A stretch of DNA of 64,000 bases from an uncultured beta proteobacterium. GTDB taxonomy: Bacteria > Pseudomonadota > Gammaproteobacteria > Burkholderiales > SG8-39. Location: contig CAVWFR010000040.1 of NCBI GenBank assembly GCA_963754305.1, forward strand, positions 220,584-284,583, written 5' to 3'. Position 1 is the stretch's first letter; each line of letters opens with the position of its first letter. Both the position numbers and the translations under genes were made by a program. The notes beneath the pieces are model-generated. The model saw nothing but the letters and a program-made list of their open reading frames with translations. It had not been told where the DNA came from and searched no databases. Positions 18,481-27,324 of the stretch are shown here, piece by piece.

Positions 18481-19806
18481 ATGAGCCGAGCTTACGATCT
18501 TCTGCTGCGCGGCGCCACGCTCGTCACCGGCGCCGCGGTCGTACGCGACGGCTGGCTCGCGGTGCAGGGCGACCGGATCGCGGCGCTCGGCGGCGCCGCC
18601 GACCCGATGCCGCCGGCCGCGAAAACGCTCGAGCTCGCCGGGCACGTCGTCACACCCGGCCTGATCAACGTGCACACCCACAGCGCGCTCACGATGGTGC
18701 GCGGCGTCGCGGCCGATCTCGGGTTCGCACCCTCGTACACCAAAGGCATCCCGAATGCGCTCGATCTCGCGCCCGAAGAAGCCGCGGTGCTGGCACGGCT
18801 CGGCGCGGTCGAGGCGCTGTGCTTCGGCTCGACGCTGATCGGCGAGCACTTCGTGCATCTCGATGCCTGCCTGCCCGAGCTCGCGAAACTGGGCCTGCGC
18901 GTGCACGCGAGCCTGCGGCTGCACGACGTCGACTTCCGCGCGGTCGCGGCGGGCGACTGGCGTTTCGACGCCGCGATCGGGGATGATCTCCTCGCCCGAA
19001 ACGTCGCTGCGCACGACACCTGGGACGGCAAGGAGAACGGCCGCATCGCCGTGCAGTTCGCCGCACACGCTGCAGACACCTGCTCCGAGCCGTATCTCGC
19101 GCGGATCGCCGCCGAGGCGCACCGACGCGAGGCCGTCGTCAACACCCATCTCGGGCAGAGCAACGTCGAGGTCGAGCGCGTCGCCGCCCGCACCGGCAAG
19201 ACGCCGGCGCAAGTCTTCGCGCACGCCGGGTTGCTGAACGAACGTCTGCTCTGTGGACATTGCATCTACGTCGACGCCCACGAGATCGCACGGCTGGCCG
19301 CTGCCGGCGCCCACGTCGTGCACATTCCCAAGTGCAATGCAGCGTCGGGACGGCTGGCCCCGACGCCGGCGCTCGCGCGCGCGGGCCTGAACCTCGCACT
19401 CGCGACCGACACGCAGCACGGCGACATGGTCGAGCTGATGCGCTGGGCGCTCGCCACCGCAAGAGTTCAGATCGGCGCGGTGAACGACGACTGGCAGCCG
19501 GAGCACGTCTTCGCGATGGCCACGATCAACGGCGCCCGCGCGCTCGGGCTCGACGCCGACCTCGGAACGCTAGCGCCGGGGAAGAAGGCCGATCTGGTCG
19601 TGTTCGACTTTCGCCGCCCGCACCTCGTCCCGGCGACCGACCCGGTGGGAAACCTGGTGCACGTCGCGCAGGGGCGCGACGTCGTCAAGGTGTTCGTCGA
19701 CGGCCGCTGCGTCGTCGACGATGGCCGTCCGACGCTCGTCGATCTCGACGAGGTGCTTGGCGACGCACGGCGCGTGCTCGACCGGCTGTGGAGGAGGGCC
19801 GCATGA
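18481..19806 (+). CDS. amidohydrolase-superfamily deaminase/chlorohydrolase-like enzyme, paralogue 1
   Basis: ATG at 18481 (MSRAYDLLLRGATLVTG...) within ORF 18412..19806. Metal motif PGLINVHTHS and downstream HCIY, ATDT (Asp). Confidence 0.85.
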   Translation: MSRAYDLLLRGATLVTGAAVVRDGWLAVQGDRIAALGGAADPMPPAAKTLELAGHVVTPGLINVHTHSALTMVRGVAADLGFAPSYTKGIPNALDLAPEEAAVLARLGAVEALCFGSTLIGEHFVHLDACLPELAKLGLRVHASLRLHDVDFRAVAAGDWRFDAAIGDDLLARNVAAHDTWDGKENGRIAVQFAAHAADTCSEPYLARIAAEAHRREAVVNTHLGQSNVEVERVAARTGKTPAQVFAHAGLLNERLLCGHCIYVDAHEIARLAAAGAHVVHIPKCNAASGRLAPTPALARAGLNLALATDTQHGDMVELMRWALATARVQIGAVNDDWQPEHVFAMATINGARALGLDADLGTLAPGKKADLVVFDFRRPHLVPATDPVGNLVHVAQGRDVVKVFVDGRCVVDDGRPTLVDLDEVLGDARRVLDRLWRRAA

Positions 19807-21305
19807 CGAAACGGATCGTGCTGCGTGGCGGTCTTGCGCTGCTCGGCGAGGCGTTCGCGTTCGACCGGAAGCCGATCGATGTCGCGGTCGAGGGCCCGCG
19901 CATCGCCGCGATCGCCCCCGCGGGGAGCCTCGCAGGCGACGAGATCATCGATCTCGCGAACCGGCTGCTCGTTCCCGGCCTCATCAACGGGCACTTCCAC
20001 TCGCACGAGCATTTCCAGCGCGGCCGCGTCGAGAACCTGCCGCTCGAGCTGTGGATGCACTACGTCCGCACGCCCGTCCCGGTGACGCTCAACCCCCGGC
20101 AGACCTACCTCCGCACCCTGATCGGCGCGATCGAGGCGCTCCGCACCGGCGCGACGACGGTCGTCGATGATCTCGCGCTCGGCGGATCGATCAACCGGGC
20201 GAACCTCGACGCGGTCTTCCAGGCCTACGACGACTCGGGCCTGCGCGCGCTGGTCGGGTTCGCGATGATGAACCGCCCGGTGGTGGACAGCTTCCCGTTC
20301 GCGGAAGAGGAGTTCCCGCCGGAGCTGCTCGCGAGCCTGCGCGCGCTGCGGCCGCCGCCCGAGAGCGAGCTGCTCGGGCTCGTGCGCGAGCTCGCTCTCG
20401 CACGCCATCCGCGATCGAGCCGCGCGAGCGTCCTCGTTTCCGCCTCGGCGCCGCAGCGGTGCACGAAGGAGTTCCTCCTCGCCTGCCGGCGGCTCGCCGA
20501 CGAGCTCGAGCTGCCGGTCGTGACGCACGTCCAGGAGACGCGGCTGCAGGTCGTCACCGGGCAGCTCTTCTACGGCAAACCCCAGGTCGAGCACCTGCAC
20601 GACATCGGCTTCCTCACGCCTACGACGAGCCTCATCCACGCGGTCTGGCTGAATCCGCGCGAGATCGCGGCGCTCGCGGCCTCCGGCGCCACCGCCCAGC
20701 ACAACCCGTGGTCGAACCTGATGCTCGGCTCCGGCTACCAGCCGGTGCGGCCGCTGCTGGAGGCGGGCGTGAACGTGAGCCTCGGCTCGGACGGCTCGTG
20801 CTCGACGACGACCGCGAGCATGCTGAACGTGCTCGGCTCCGCCGCGGCGCTGTCGAAGATCCGCGGCGACGACTACACGCGCTGGCTCTCGGCGAAGGAG
20901 GCGCTGCACGCCGGCACCGTTGCCGGGGCGAAGGCGCTCGGCTTTGCCGGCGAGCTCGGCGTCCTCGCGCCCGGCGCGCTCGCCGACCTCGTCGCCTACC
21001 GGCTCGACACGGTCTCGTTCGCGCCGCTGAACGACCCGGTTCAGCAGCTCGTGTACGCGGAGCGCGGCGCCGGCGTCGATCTCGTCATGGTCGACGGCCG
21101 CATCGCGCTGCGCGACGGGCGCCTCACCGGCATCGACGAGCGGGCGATCCTGGGCGAGATCGCGAACGAGTTCGAGCGGCTCGGCGCCGAGTACGCGCGC
21201 GCCGAAGCGTCCGTCGGCCCGATGCGCGCCGTCATGGAGCGCATCTATCGCCGCGCGCTGAAAGTTTCGATTGCGCCGGACACCTATCCGGCGCGCTTAC
21301 CCTGA
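19803..21305 (+). CDS. amidohydrolase-superfamily enzyme, paralogue 2 (longer, about 500 aa)
   Basis: ATG at 19803 overlaps the previous stop (ATGA). The protein MTKRIVLRGG... has PGLINGHFHSHEH and later THVQE, HAVW and GSDGS. Confidence 0.85.
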   Translation: MTKRIVLRGGLALLGEAFAFDRKPIDVAVEGPRIAAIAPAGSLAGDEIIDLANRLLVPGLINGHFHSHEHFQRGRVENLPLELWMHYVRTPVPVTLNPRQTYLRTLIGAIEALRTGATTVVDDLALGGSINRANLDAVFQAYDDSGLRALVGFAMMNRPVVDSFPFAEEEFPPELLASLRALRPPPESELLGLVRELALARHPRSSRASVLVSASAPQRCTKEFLLACRRLADELELPVVTHVQETRLQVVTGQLFYGKPQVEHLHDIGFLTPTTSLIHAVWLNPREIAALAASGATAQHNPWSNLMLGSGYQPVRPLLEAGVNVSLGSDGSCSTTTASMLNVLGSAAALSKIRGDDYTRWLSAKEALHAGTVAGAKALGFAGELGVLAPGALADLVAYRLDTVSFAPLNDPVQQLVYAERGAGVDLVMVDGRIALRDGRLTGIDERAILGEIANEFERLGAEYARAEASVGPMRAVMERIYRRALKVSIAPDTYPARLP

Positions 21306-21316
21306 AAGGAACGACC

Positions 21317-22153
21317 ATGAAACGGCGTGATCTGCTGAAGCTTTCCGTCGCCGGCGCCGCCGGCATGCTGCTTCCCCGCATCACCGGCGCGCAAGGCGTC
21401 ACGCTGGCCCAGATCAAGGCGAGCGGCGAGCTGCGCATCGGCTGCGAGGCGGCCTACGTACCGTTCACGTACCGTCAGGAAGGCAAGATCGTCGGCTACG
21501 ACGTGGAGCTCGCCGATATCTTCTGCAAGACGCTCGGCGTGAAGCCGAACTTCATCGACACCGCGTGGGCGGGCGTGATCCCGTCGCTTTACGCGAAGAA
21601 GTTCGAAATCATCATGAGCTCGATGAGCTACACCAAGGAGCGGCTCGAGAGAGTGGCGTTCACCGTGCCGTACGCCGAGGCGTCGCAGGCGATGCTGATC
21701 CGCGCCGGCGATACCGGGGCAATCAAAGGCGTTCCCGACCTCAACGGACGGATCATCGCGGTCAAGCTCGGCTCACCCGGCCAGATTCTCCAGGAGCGGA
21801 TCGCGACCGGTCTCAAGGCCGCGGGCGGCGCCGGGTTCAAGGAGGTGCGCGTGTTCGACGATCACCCGTCGGCCTACGTCGCGCTGGCACAGAACAGAGT
21901 CGATGCGGTGCTGAACACCGTCCCGACGCTCGCGATGGTGCTGAAGGACGCTCCCGGCAAGTACGCGATGGTCAGGGGCGTCGGCGCCGACAACTGGGCC
22001 GGTATCGCGGTGCGCAAGGAGGATCCCGAGCTGGTCGCGTTCCTCAATGGCGAGCTCGAGCGGCTGAAGAAGGACGGCACCCTCTACAAGCTGCAGGAGA
22101 AATGGTTCGGCTTCCGCATGACGCTCGCGGACAAGATCCCGACGTTCTCCTGA
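21317..22153 (+). CDS. polar amino-acid-type ABC transporter substrate-binding protein
   Basis: ATG at 21317. Twin-arginine-like signal MKRRDLLKLSVAGAAGMLLP. The SBP_bac_3-like core includes LRIGCEAAYVPFTY and GYDVELA. Confidence 0.9.
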   Translation: MKRRDLLKLSVAGAAGMLLPRITGAQGVTLAQIKASGELRIGCEAAYVPFTYRQEGKIVGYDVELADIFCKTLGVKPNFIDTAWAGVIPSLYAKKFEIIMSSMSYTKERLERVAFTVPYAEASQAMLIRAGDTGAIKGVPDLNGRIIAVKLGSPGQILQERIATGLKAAGGAGFKEVRVFDDHPSAYVALAQNRVDAVLNTVPTLAMVLKDAPGKYAMVRGVGADNWAGIAVRKEDPELVAFLNGELERLKKDGTLYKLQEKWFGFRMTLADKIPTFS

Positions 22154-22161
22154 CGCCGTCC

Positions 22162-22815
22162 GTGGCGTTCGACTGGGGGTTGGTGGAGAAATCGATCCCG
22201 CTCCTCGGGGCGGGATTGCTCACGACGATCAGGATCTGCCTGCTTGCGATGCTGGTCGGGCTCGTGCTCGGCGGGCTGCTCGGGCTCGCGTCGCTGTCGC
22301 GGTTCGCGCCGCTCCGCTGGGCGGTCACGGCGTACGTGGACTTCATCCGCGGCACGCCGCTCTTGATCCAGATCTTCCTGGTGTACTTCGCGCTGCCGGT
22401 GGTCGGGGTCAACCTCCCCGAGTTCTGGGCCGGCGTGATCGCGCTCGGGCTGAACGCCGCGGGGTTCATCGCCGAGATCGTGCGCGCCGGCGTCGGGTCG
22501 ATCGAGAAGGGCCAGGCCGAGGCGGCGCGCTCGATCGGCATGCGCCACGGGCAGATCCTGTTCCACGTGCTGCTGCCGCAATCGCTCCGGGCGGTGGTGC
22601 CGCCGACGACCAACGAGCTGATCACCCTCGTCAAGGGCTCGGCGCTGCTTTCGGTGATCTCCGTGTACGAGCTGACGCGCGCCGGGCAGGCGATCATCTC
22701 GGTGCACTTCGCGCCGTTCGAGATCTATCTGATGATCGCGCTCTACTACTACGCCACCATCTCTTTCCTAGCCTGGCTGTCACGGTGGATCGAGCGGCGC
22801 CTGCCGGTCTGGTGA
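22162..22815 (+). CDS. amino-acid ABC transporter permease
   Basis: In-frame GTG at 22162 inside ORF 21565..22815. His/Glu/Gln/Arg-type permease blocks are FIRGTPLLIQIFLVYFALP and EAARSIGM. Confidence 0.85.
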   Translation: MAFDWGLVEKSIPLLGAGLLTTIRICLLAMLVGLVLGGLLGLASLSRFAPLRWAVTAYVDFIRGTPLLIQIFLVYFALPVVGVNLPEFWAGVIALGLNAAGFIAEIVRAGVGSIEKGQAEAARSIGMRHGQILFHVLLPQSLRAVVPPTTNELITLVKGSALLSVISVYELTRAGQAIISVHFAPFEIYLMIALYYYATISFLAWLSRWIERRLPVW

Positions 22816-23570
22816 TGCCGCCGGTTATCGCGAGCGAGGGGCTCTGCAAGGCCTACGGCGGTCGGGTCGTGCTCGATCGCGTGTCGCTGGCGGTGGAAGA
22901 GGGCGAGACGGTAGTGGTGATCGGGCCCTCGGGCTCGGGCAAGACGACGCTGCTCCGCTGCCTCAACCGGCTCGAGACACCTGATTCGGGCATCGTGCGC
23001 CTGCGTGGCGAGCCGGTAGGCCAGGATGTCGCGGGTCGACCGCTGCCGGAGCGCGATCTGGCGCGCCAGCGCAGCCGCATCGGGTTCGTCTTCCAGCGCT
23101 TCAACCTGTTCGCGCACCTCAGCGCGCTCGACAACGTCGCGATCGGCCCGCGCCGCGTGCTCGGGCTTGGAGTCGAGCAGGCGCGCGAGCGGGCGCGCGA
23201 GGAGCTCGCTCGCGTCCATCTCCAGGAGCACACGGCAAAGCGGCCGAACCAGCTCTCGGGCGGCCAGCAGCAGAGAGTCGCGATCGCGCGGGCGCTCGCC
23301 ATGCACCCGGAGCTGATCCTGTTCGACGAGCCGACCTCGGCGCTAGACCCGGAGCTCGTGACCGAGGTCGTGGACGTCATGCAAGAGCTCGCCGACTCGG
23401 GCCTCACCCTGCTCGCGGTGACGCACGAGATGCGGTTCGCGCGCGCGGCGGCCGACCGGGTCGTCCTGATGGATGCCGGCGCCGTCGTGGAGGTGGGCAC
23501 GCCGGAGGCGGTGTTCGGCGCGCCGCGCGAGGAACGGACGCGCAAGTTCCTGGCTCACCTGCACGAATGA
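22815..23570 (+). CDS. amino-acid ABC transporter ATP-binding protein
   Basis: ATG at 22815 overlaps the permease stop (GTGATG). Walker A GPSGSGKTT, signature LSGGQQQRVAIARAL, Walker B LILFDEPTSALD. Confidence 0.9.
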   Translation: MPPVIASEGLCKAYGGRVVLDRVSLAVEEGETVVVIGPSGSGKTTLLRCLNRLETPDSGIVRLRGEPVGQDVAGRPLPERDLARQRSRIGFVFQRFNLFAHLSALDNVAIGPRRVLGLGVEQARERAREELARVHLQEHTAKRPNQLSGGQQQRVAIARALAMHPELILFDEPTSALDPELVTEVVDVMQELADSGLTLLAVTHEMRFARAAADRVVLMDAGAVVEVGTPEAVFGAPREERTRKFLAHLHE

Positions 23571-24898
23571 CCCGCTTCGACACGCTGATCCTTGGCGCCA
23601 CCGCGCTCACCTGCGACGCGGCCGATCGAGTCATCGAGGACGCGGCGATCGGCATCACCGGCGGCCGGATCGCCTACATCGGCCCGCGGATCGATGCTCA
23701 GGCCGATCGCTTGCTCCGCCTCGCCGGCCGGGTCGTCACACCCGGGTTCGTGAACGTCCACACCCACGCCGTTCTCACCATGGTGCGCGGCGTCGCGGAG
23801 GACCTCGGCTTCGCCCCGGCCTACACGCCGGGCATCCCGCACGGCCACGACGTCACCCCCGACGAGGCGTACGCGCTCGCGCGGCTGGGGGCGGCCGAAG
23901 CGCTCCTCTTCGGCTCGACGCTCGTCAACGATACCTACGTGCACGCGGACATCACGATGGATGCCATGTCGGCGCTCGGCCTGCGGGTCTGGAATTGCGG
24001 GCGGGTTCACGACGCGGATTTCTCGCTCATCGGGGACGGCCGCTGGGAGCACCGGACCGAGATCGGGGAGCGCACGCTCGGCGAGGCGCTCGCGCTGGCG
24101 GAGAAGTGGCACGGCGCGCGCGACGGCCGCTGCGGCGTGCAACTCGCGGCGCACGCGCCCGACACCTGCTCCGACGCTTTCCTGGTCGAGATCCGCAAGG
24201 CCGCCGAAGGCGGGGGCCTGCGCGTCAACACCCATCTCGCGCAGTCGAAGACCGAGGTGCGGCAGGTGCTCGCCCGGTCCGGCCGCACGCCGGCCCAGCT
24301 GCTCGACGAGGTCGGGTTGCTGAACGAGCGCCTGATCGCCGCGCATTGCATCCACATGGACGACGCCGATATCGCACGCTGCGGCCGCGCCAAGCTCAAT
24401 GTCGCGCACGTGCCCAAGGGCAACGCGACCGGTGCGACGATCGCGCCGACGGCGAAGCTGCGCTCGGCGGGCGCGCGCCTCGCGCTCGGTACCGACAACA
24501 TGCACGCCGACATGGTCGAGGCGATGCGTTGGGCGCTCGCCGTCGCGCGCATCCAGGAAGGCCGGGTCACCGATGCCTGGCAGCCCCGCGACGTGCTGCG
24601 CATGGCCACCATCGACGGCGCGCGCGCGATGGGCCTCGCTGCGGATATCGGCTCCCTCGAGACCGGGAAGAAGTGCGACCTCGTCGCGTTCGATTTCCGC
24701 CGGCCGCATCTCGTGCCCGCGGTGAATCCCGCCGGGACGCTGGTGCACACCGGCCAGGGCCGCGACGTCGAGCTCGTCATGGTGGACGGCGCCGTCGTGG
24801 TCGAGGACGGCCGGCCGATGCGGGCCGATCTGGACACGATCCTGCGCGAGGGACAGGCGGCCGCCGATGCGCTCTGGGCGCGTGCGCGGGAGGGCTGA
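23567..24898 (+). CDS. amidohydrolase-superfamily deaminase-like enzyme, paralogue 3
   Basis: 443 aa with an ATGA overlap with the ATPase gene. It is colinear with paralogue 1 (PGFVNVHTHA, NTHLAQSKTEV, HCIHM, GTDN). Confidence 0.85.
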   Translation: MTRFDTLILGATALTCDAADRVIEDAAIGITGGRIAYIGPRIDAQADRLLRLAGRVVTPGFVNVHTHAVLTMVRGVAEDLGFAPAYTPGIPHGHDVTPDEAYALARLGAAEALLFGSTLVNDTYVHADITMDAMSALGLRVWNCGRVHDADFSLIGDGRWEHRTEIGERTLGEALALAEKWHGARDGRCGVQLAAHAPDTCSDAFLVEIRKAAEGGGLRVNTHLAQSKTEVRQVLARSGRTPAQLLDEVGLLNERLIAAHCIHMDDADIARCGRAKLNVAHVPKGNATGATIAPTAKLRSAGARLALGTDNMHADMVEAMRWALAVARIQEGRVTDAWQPRDVLRMATIDGARAMGLAADIGSLETGKKCDLVAFDFRRPHLVPAVNPAGTLVHTGQGRDVELVMVDGAVVVEDGRPMRADLDTILREGQAAADALWARAREG

Positions 24899-25785
24899 TG
24901 GCGCGAGACCTGCGTGGGTACGCCGGACGCTATCCGCAGATGCGCTGGCCCGACCGCGCACGCGTCGCCGTGTCGGTGGTGCTGAACATCGAAGAGGGCG
25001 CCGAGCTCGCGATCTCCGCCGGCGACGAGCGGAACGAGACGATTCACGAAGCGGTGCAGCGGGTCGACGGCGCCCCCGATCTCTGCATCGAGAGCCACTT
25101 CGAGTACGGTTCGCGCGTGGGTTACTCGCGCATCTGCGACACCGCGCAGGCGCTCGGTGTGCCGCTCACGCTCAACGCGTGCGCCCGCGCGCTCGAAGCC
25201 ACGCCGTGGGTCGGCACCGACGCCGCGGCGCGCGGCTACGAGATCTGCTGCCACGGCTACCGCTGGGAGCCGCACGCGGGGATGGACGAGGCGCACGAGC
25301 GGGCGCTGATCGCCAAGTGCGTGGACATCATCCGGCGCGTCCACGGCAAGCCGCCGATCGGCTGGCACACGAAGTCCTCCGCCTCGGTCAACACGCGCCG
25401 GCTGCTCGCCGAGGCGGGCTTTCTGTACGACAGCGACGCCTACAACGACGACGCGCCGTACTACGTCGAGGCGGGCGGCAAGCCGCATCTCGTCCTGCCG
25501 TACGCCTTCGACACCAACGACATGCGCTTCCTGGATGGCCACGCGTTCTTGCGCGGGAGCGATTTCGCCGGCTACTGTGCGGATGCGTTCGACCGGCTGT
25601 GGGAGGAGGGTGCGCACGCGCCGCGGATGCTGTCGATCGGCCTGCACACCCGCATCATCGGCCGGCCCGGGCGGATCGGCGGGCTCGTCGAGCTGCTGCG
25701 GCACATGCGTGCGAAGGGCGAGGTGTGGTTCGCTCGCCGCGAGGACATCGCGCGGCACTGGCTCGAGCACGTACCGCCCCGATGA
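24898..25785 (+). CDS. polysaccharide-deacetylase-fold hydrolase, PuuE (allantoinase)-like
   Basis: ATG at 24898 overlaps the previous stop (TGATG). The protein MARDLRGYAGRYPQMRWPDRARVAVSVVLNIEEGAE... has CHGYRW and NDDAPYY blocks, recalled from PuuE-type proteins. Confidence 0.75.
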   Translation: MARDLRGYAGRYPQMRWPDRARVAVSVVLNIEEGAELAISAGDERNETIHEAVQRVDGAPDLCIESHFEYGSRVGYSRICDTAQALGVPLTLNACARALEATPWVGTDAAARGYEICCHGYRWEPHAGMDEAHERALIAKCVDIIRRVHGKPPIGWHTKSSASVNTRRLLAEAGFLYDSDAYNDDAPYYVEAGGKPHLVLPYAFDTNDMRFLDGHAFLRGSDFAGYCADAFDRLWEEGAHAPRMLSIGLHTRIIGRPGRIGGLVELLRHMRAKGEVWFARREDIARHWLEHVPPR

Positions 25786-25943
25786 CTGAGCCGGCGCGGG
25801 AGATTACGGCGCGCGTGCCGCGCCGGGCGATGTCGGCACGCGAAGCTTGCCAGGCCGCTCTCGATCGCGCCGCGCGGCGCAATCTCGCGCTGAACGCGGC
25901 CGTCACGGCTCGCACCCTCGTTCCCCCACTGGAGGCACCATGA
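25782..25943 (+). other. 53-aa ORF resembling the N-terminus of an amidase-signature enzyme (possible gene remnant)
   Basis: MTEPAREITARVPRRAMSAREACQAALDRAARRNLALNAAVTARTLVPPLEAP*. The ATG overlaps the PuuE-like stop (ATGA) and the TGA overlaps the next ATG (ATGA). The pattern SA.E....AL.R......LNA resembles amidase N-termini, but no catalytic region follows. Confidence 0.35.
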
Positions 25944-26899
25944 TCGTTCGCCTGCTTCTCGCCGCACTCGCCTGTCTGTTCGCCGCGTCCGCGCTGGCGC
26001 AATACCCCGATCGCCCGCCGAAGATCCTCGTCCCGTTCCCGCCGGGCGGCGCGGCGGATACGTTCGCGCGGCTGGCCGGCGACCGCCTCGGCACCGCGTG
26101 GGGGAAGCAGGTGATCGTCGAAAACCGCCCCGGCGCGGGCGGGATCATCGCCACGGAGGCGGCGGCGAAGTCGGCGCCCGACGGCTACACGTTTCTCATC
26201 GTGACCGTGGGCCACGCCGTGAACCCGAGTCTCTATCCGAAGCTGCCCTACGACACGCTCGCCGATTTCGCGCCGATAGCGATGGTGGCGAACGTGCCCA
26301 ACGTGCTGGTGGTGCATCCGTCGGTGCCGGCCAACTCGGTGCGGGAGCTGGTCGCGCTCGCCAAGAAATCCCCGGGGAACCTCAAGTACGCATCGTCCGG
26401 CAATGCGACGACCTCGCACATGGCGGCGGCCCTGCTCGCGAATCTCGCCGGGGTCGAGATGCTGCATGTCCCCTACAAGGGCGCCGCCCCCGCGGTGCAG
26501 GACCTCGTCGCCGGCCGGGTGGACCTCATGCTCGACCCGACCGTCTCCTCGGGCGCGTTCGTCAAGCAGGGCCGGCTGAGGGCGCTCGCGGTGACGACCG
26601 CAAAACGCACGCCGCTCCTCCCGGAGCTGCCGACGATCGCGGAGGCGGGCGTGCCGGGCTACGAGTTCAGCGCGTGGTTCCTGCTGCTTGCGCCGGCGCG
26701 GACGCCGGCCGAGCCGGTCGCGCGGGTCAACGCCGATCTCGCGCGGCTCGCCTCCGACGCGGGCTACCGCGAACGGCTCGCGGCCCTCGGCGCCGAGGCC
26801 GCTCCGCCGCTCTCGCCCGCGCAGGTCGGCGAGTTCGTCGCCGGCGAGATCAAACGCTGGGCGAAAGTCGTCAAGGAGGCCAACATCAAGGTGGAGTGA
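25940..26899 (+). CDS. Bug-family (TctC-like) substrate-binding protein
   Basis: ATG at 25940 with GGAGG at 25931. Signal peptide MIVRLLLAALACLFAASALA/QYPDRPPK. Bug motifs VPFPPGGAADT and ENRPGAGG. Confidence 0.9.
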   Translation: MIVRLLLAALACLFAASALAQYPDRPPKILVPFPPGGAADTFARLAGDRLGTAWGKQVIVENRPGAGGIIATEAAAKSAPDGYTFLIVTVGHAVNPSLYPKLPYDTLADFAPIAMVANVPNVLVVHPSVPANSVRELVALAKKSPGNLKYASSGNATTSHMAAALLANLAGVEMLHVPYKGAAPAVQDLVAGRVDLMLDPTVSSGAFVKQGRLRALAVTTAKRTPLLPELPTIAEAGVPGYEFSAWFLLLAPARTPAEPVARVNADLARLASDAGYRERLAALGAEAAPPLSPAQVGEFVAGEIKRWAKVVKEANIKVE

Positions 26900-26969
26900 G
26901 ATCGTCGCCCGGGCGAAAGCCGAGGCCGAGGGGATTCAGCACTGGATCCCAGCGTGCGCCGAGATGAGG

Positions 26970-27294
26970 CTAGAGTGACTCGCGAAGCCGATGGAACCGC
27001 TCCACCGGCGTGACCCATGCGACCCCGTCGCCCGCGCGGCCGGTGTGGCAGGCCTCGTGGATGATCGCGAGCAGGCGGTCGACCTCATCGTCGGGCACGA
27101 CGAGCTCGATCCGCACCTTCTGCGTATACTCGGTCAGCTCGCCCTTGATGCCGGCCGCGTGCGGCTTGCCCGGGTGGTAGCCCGACCCCTCCGCGCGCGT
27201 CACGGTCATCCCGGGGAAGTCCGGGATCCTTCGAAACGCCTCGCGCAGGCGCGTGAGGCGGTTCGGCTGGATGAGTCGCTTTGATCTCTTTCAT
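26970..27294 (-). pseudogene. P-II-like (GlnB-fold) small protein downstream of czcA, one frame break
   Basis: ATG at 27294 gives MKEIKA. The PII-like sequence then continues only in the next frame (LIQPNRLTRLREAFRRIPDFPGMTVTRAEGSGYH...KVRIELVVPDDEVDRLLAIIHEACHTGRAGDGVAWVTPVE, which is ORF 26970..27209). The extra base is at about 27275 (aaagcgActcatcc). Confidence 0.6.
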
Positions 27295-27324
27295 CTCGTG
27301 CTCCGGTAATGCGGCGGATCGAGG

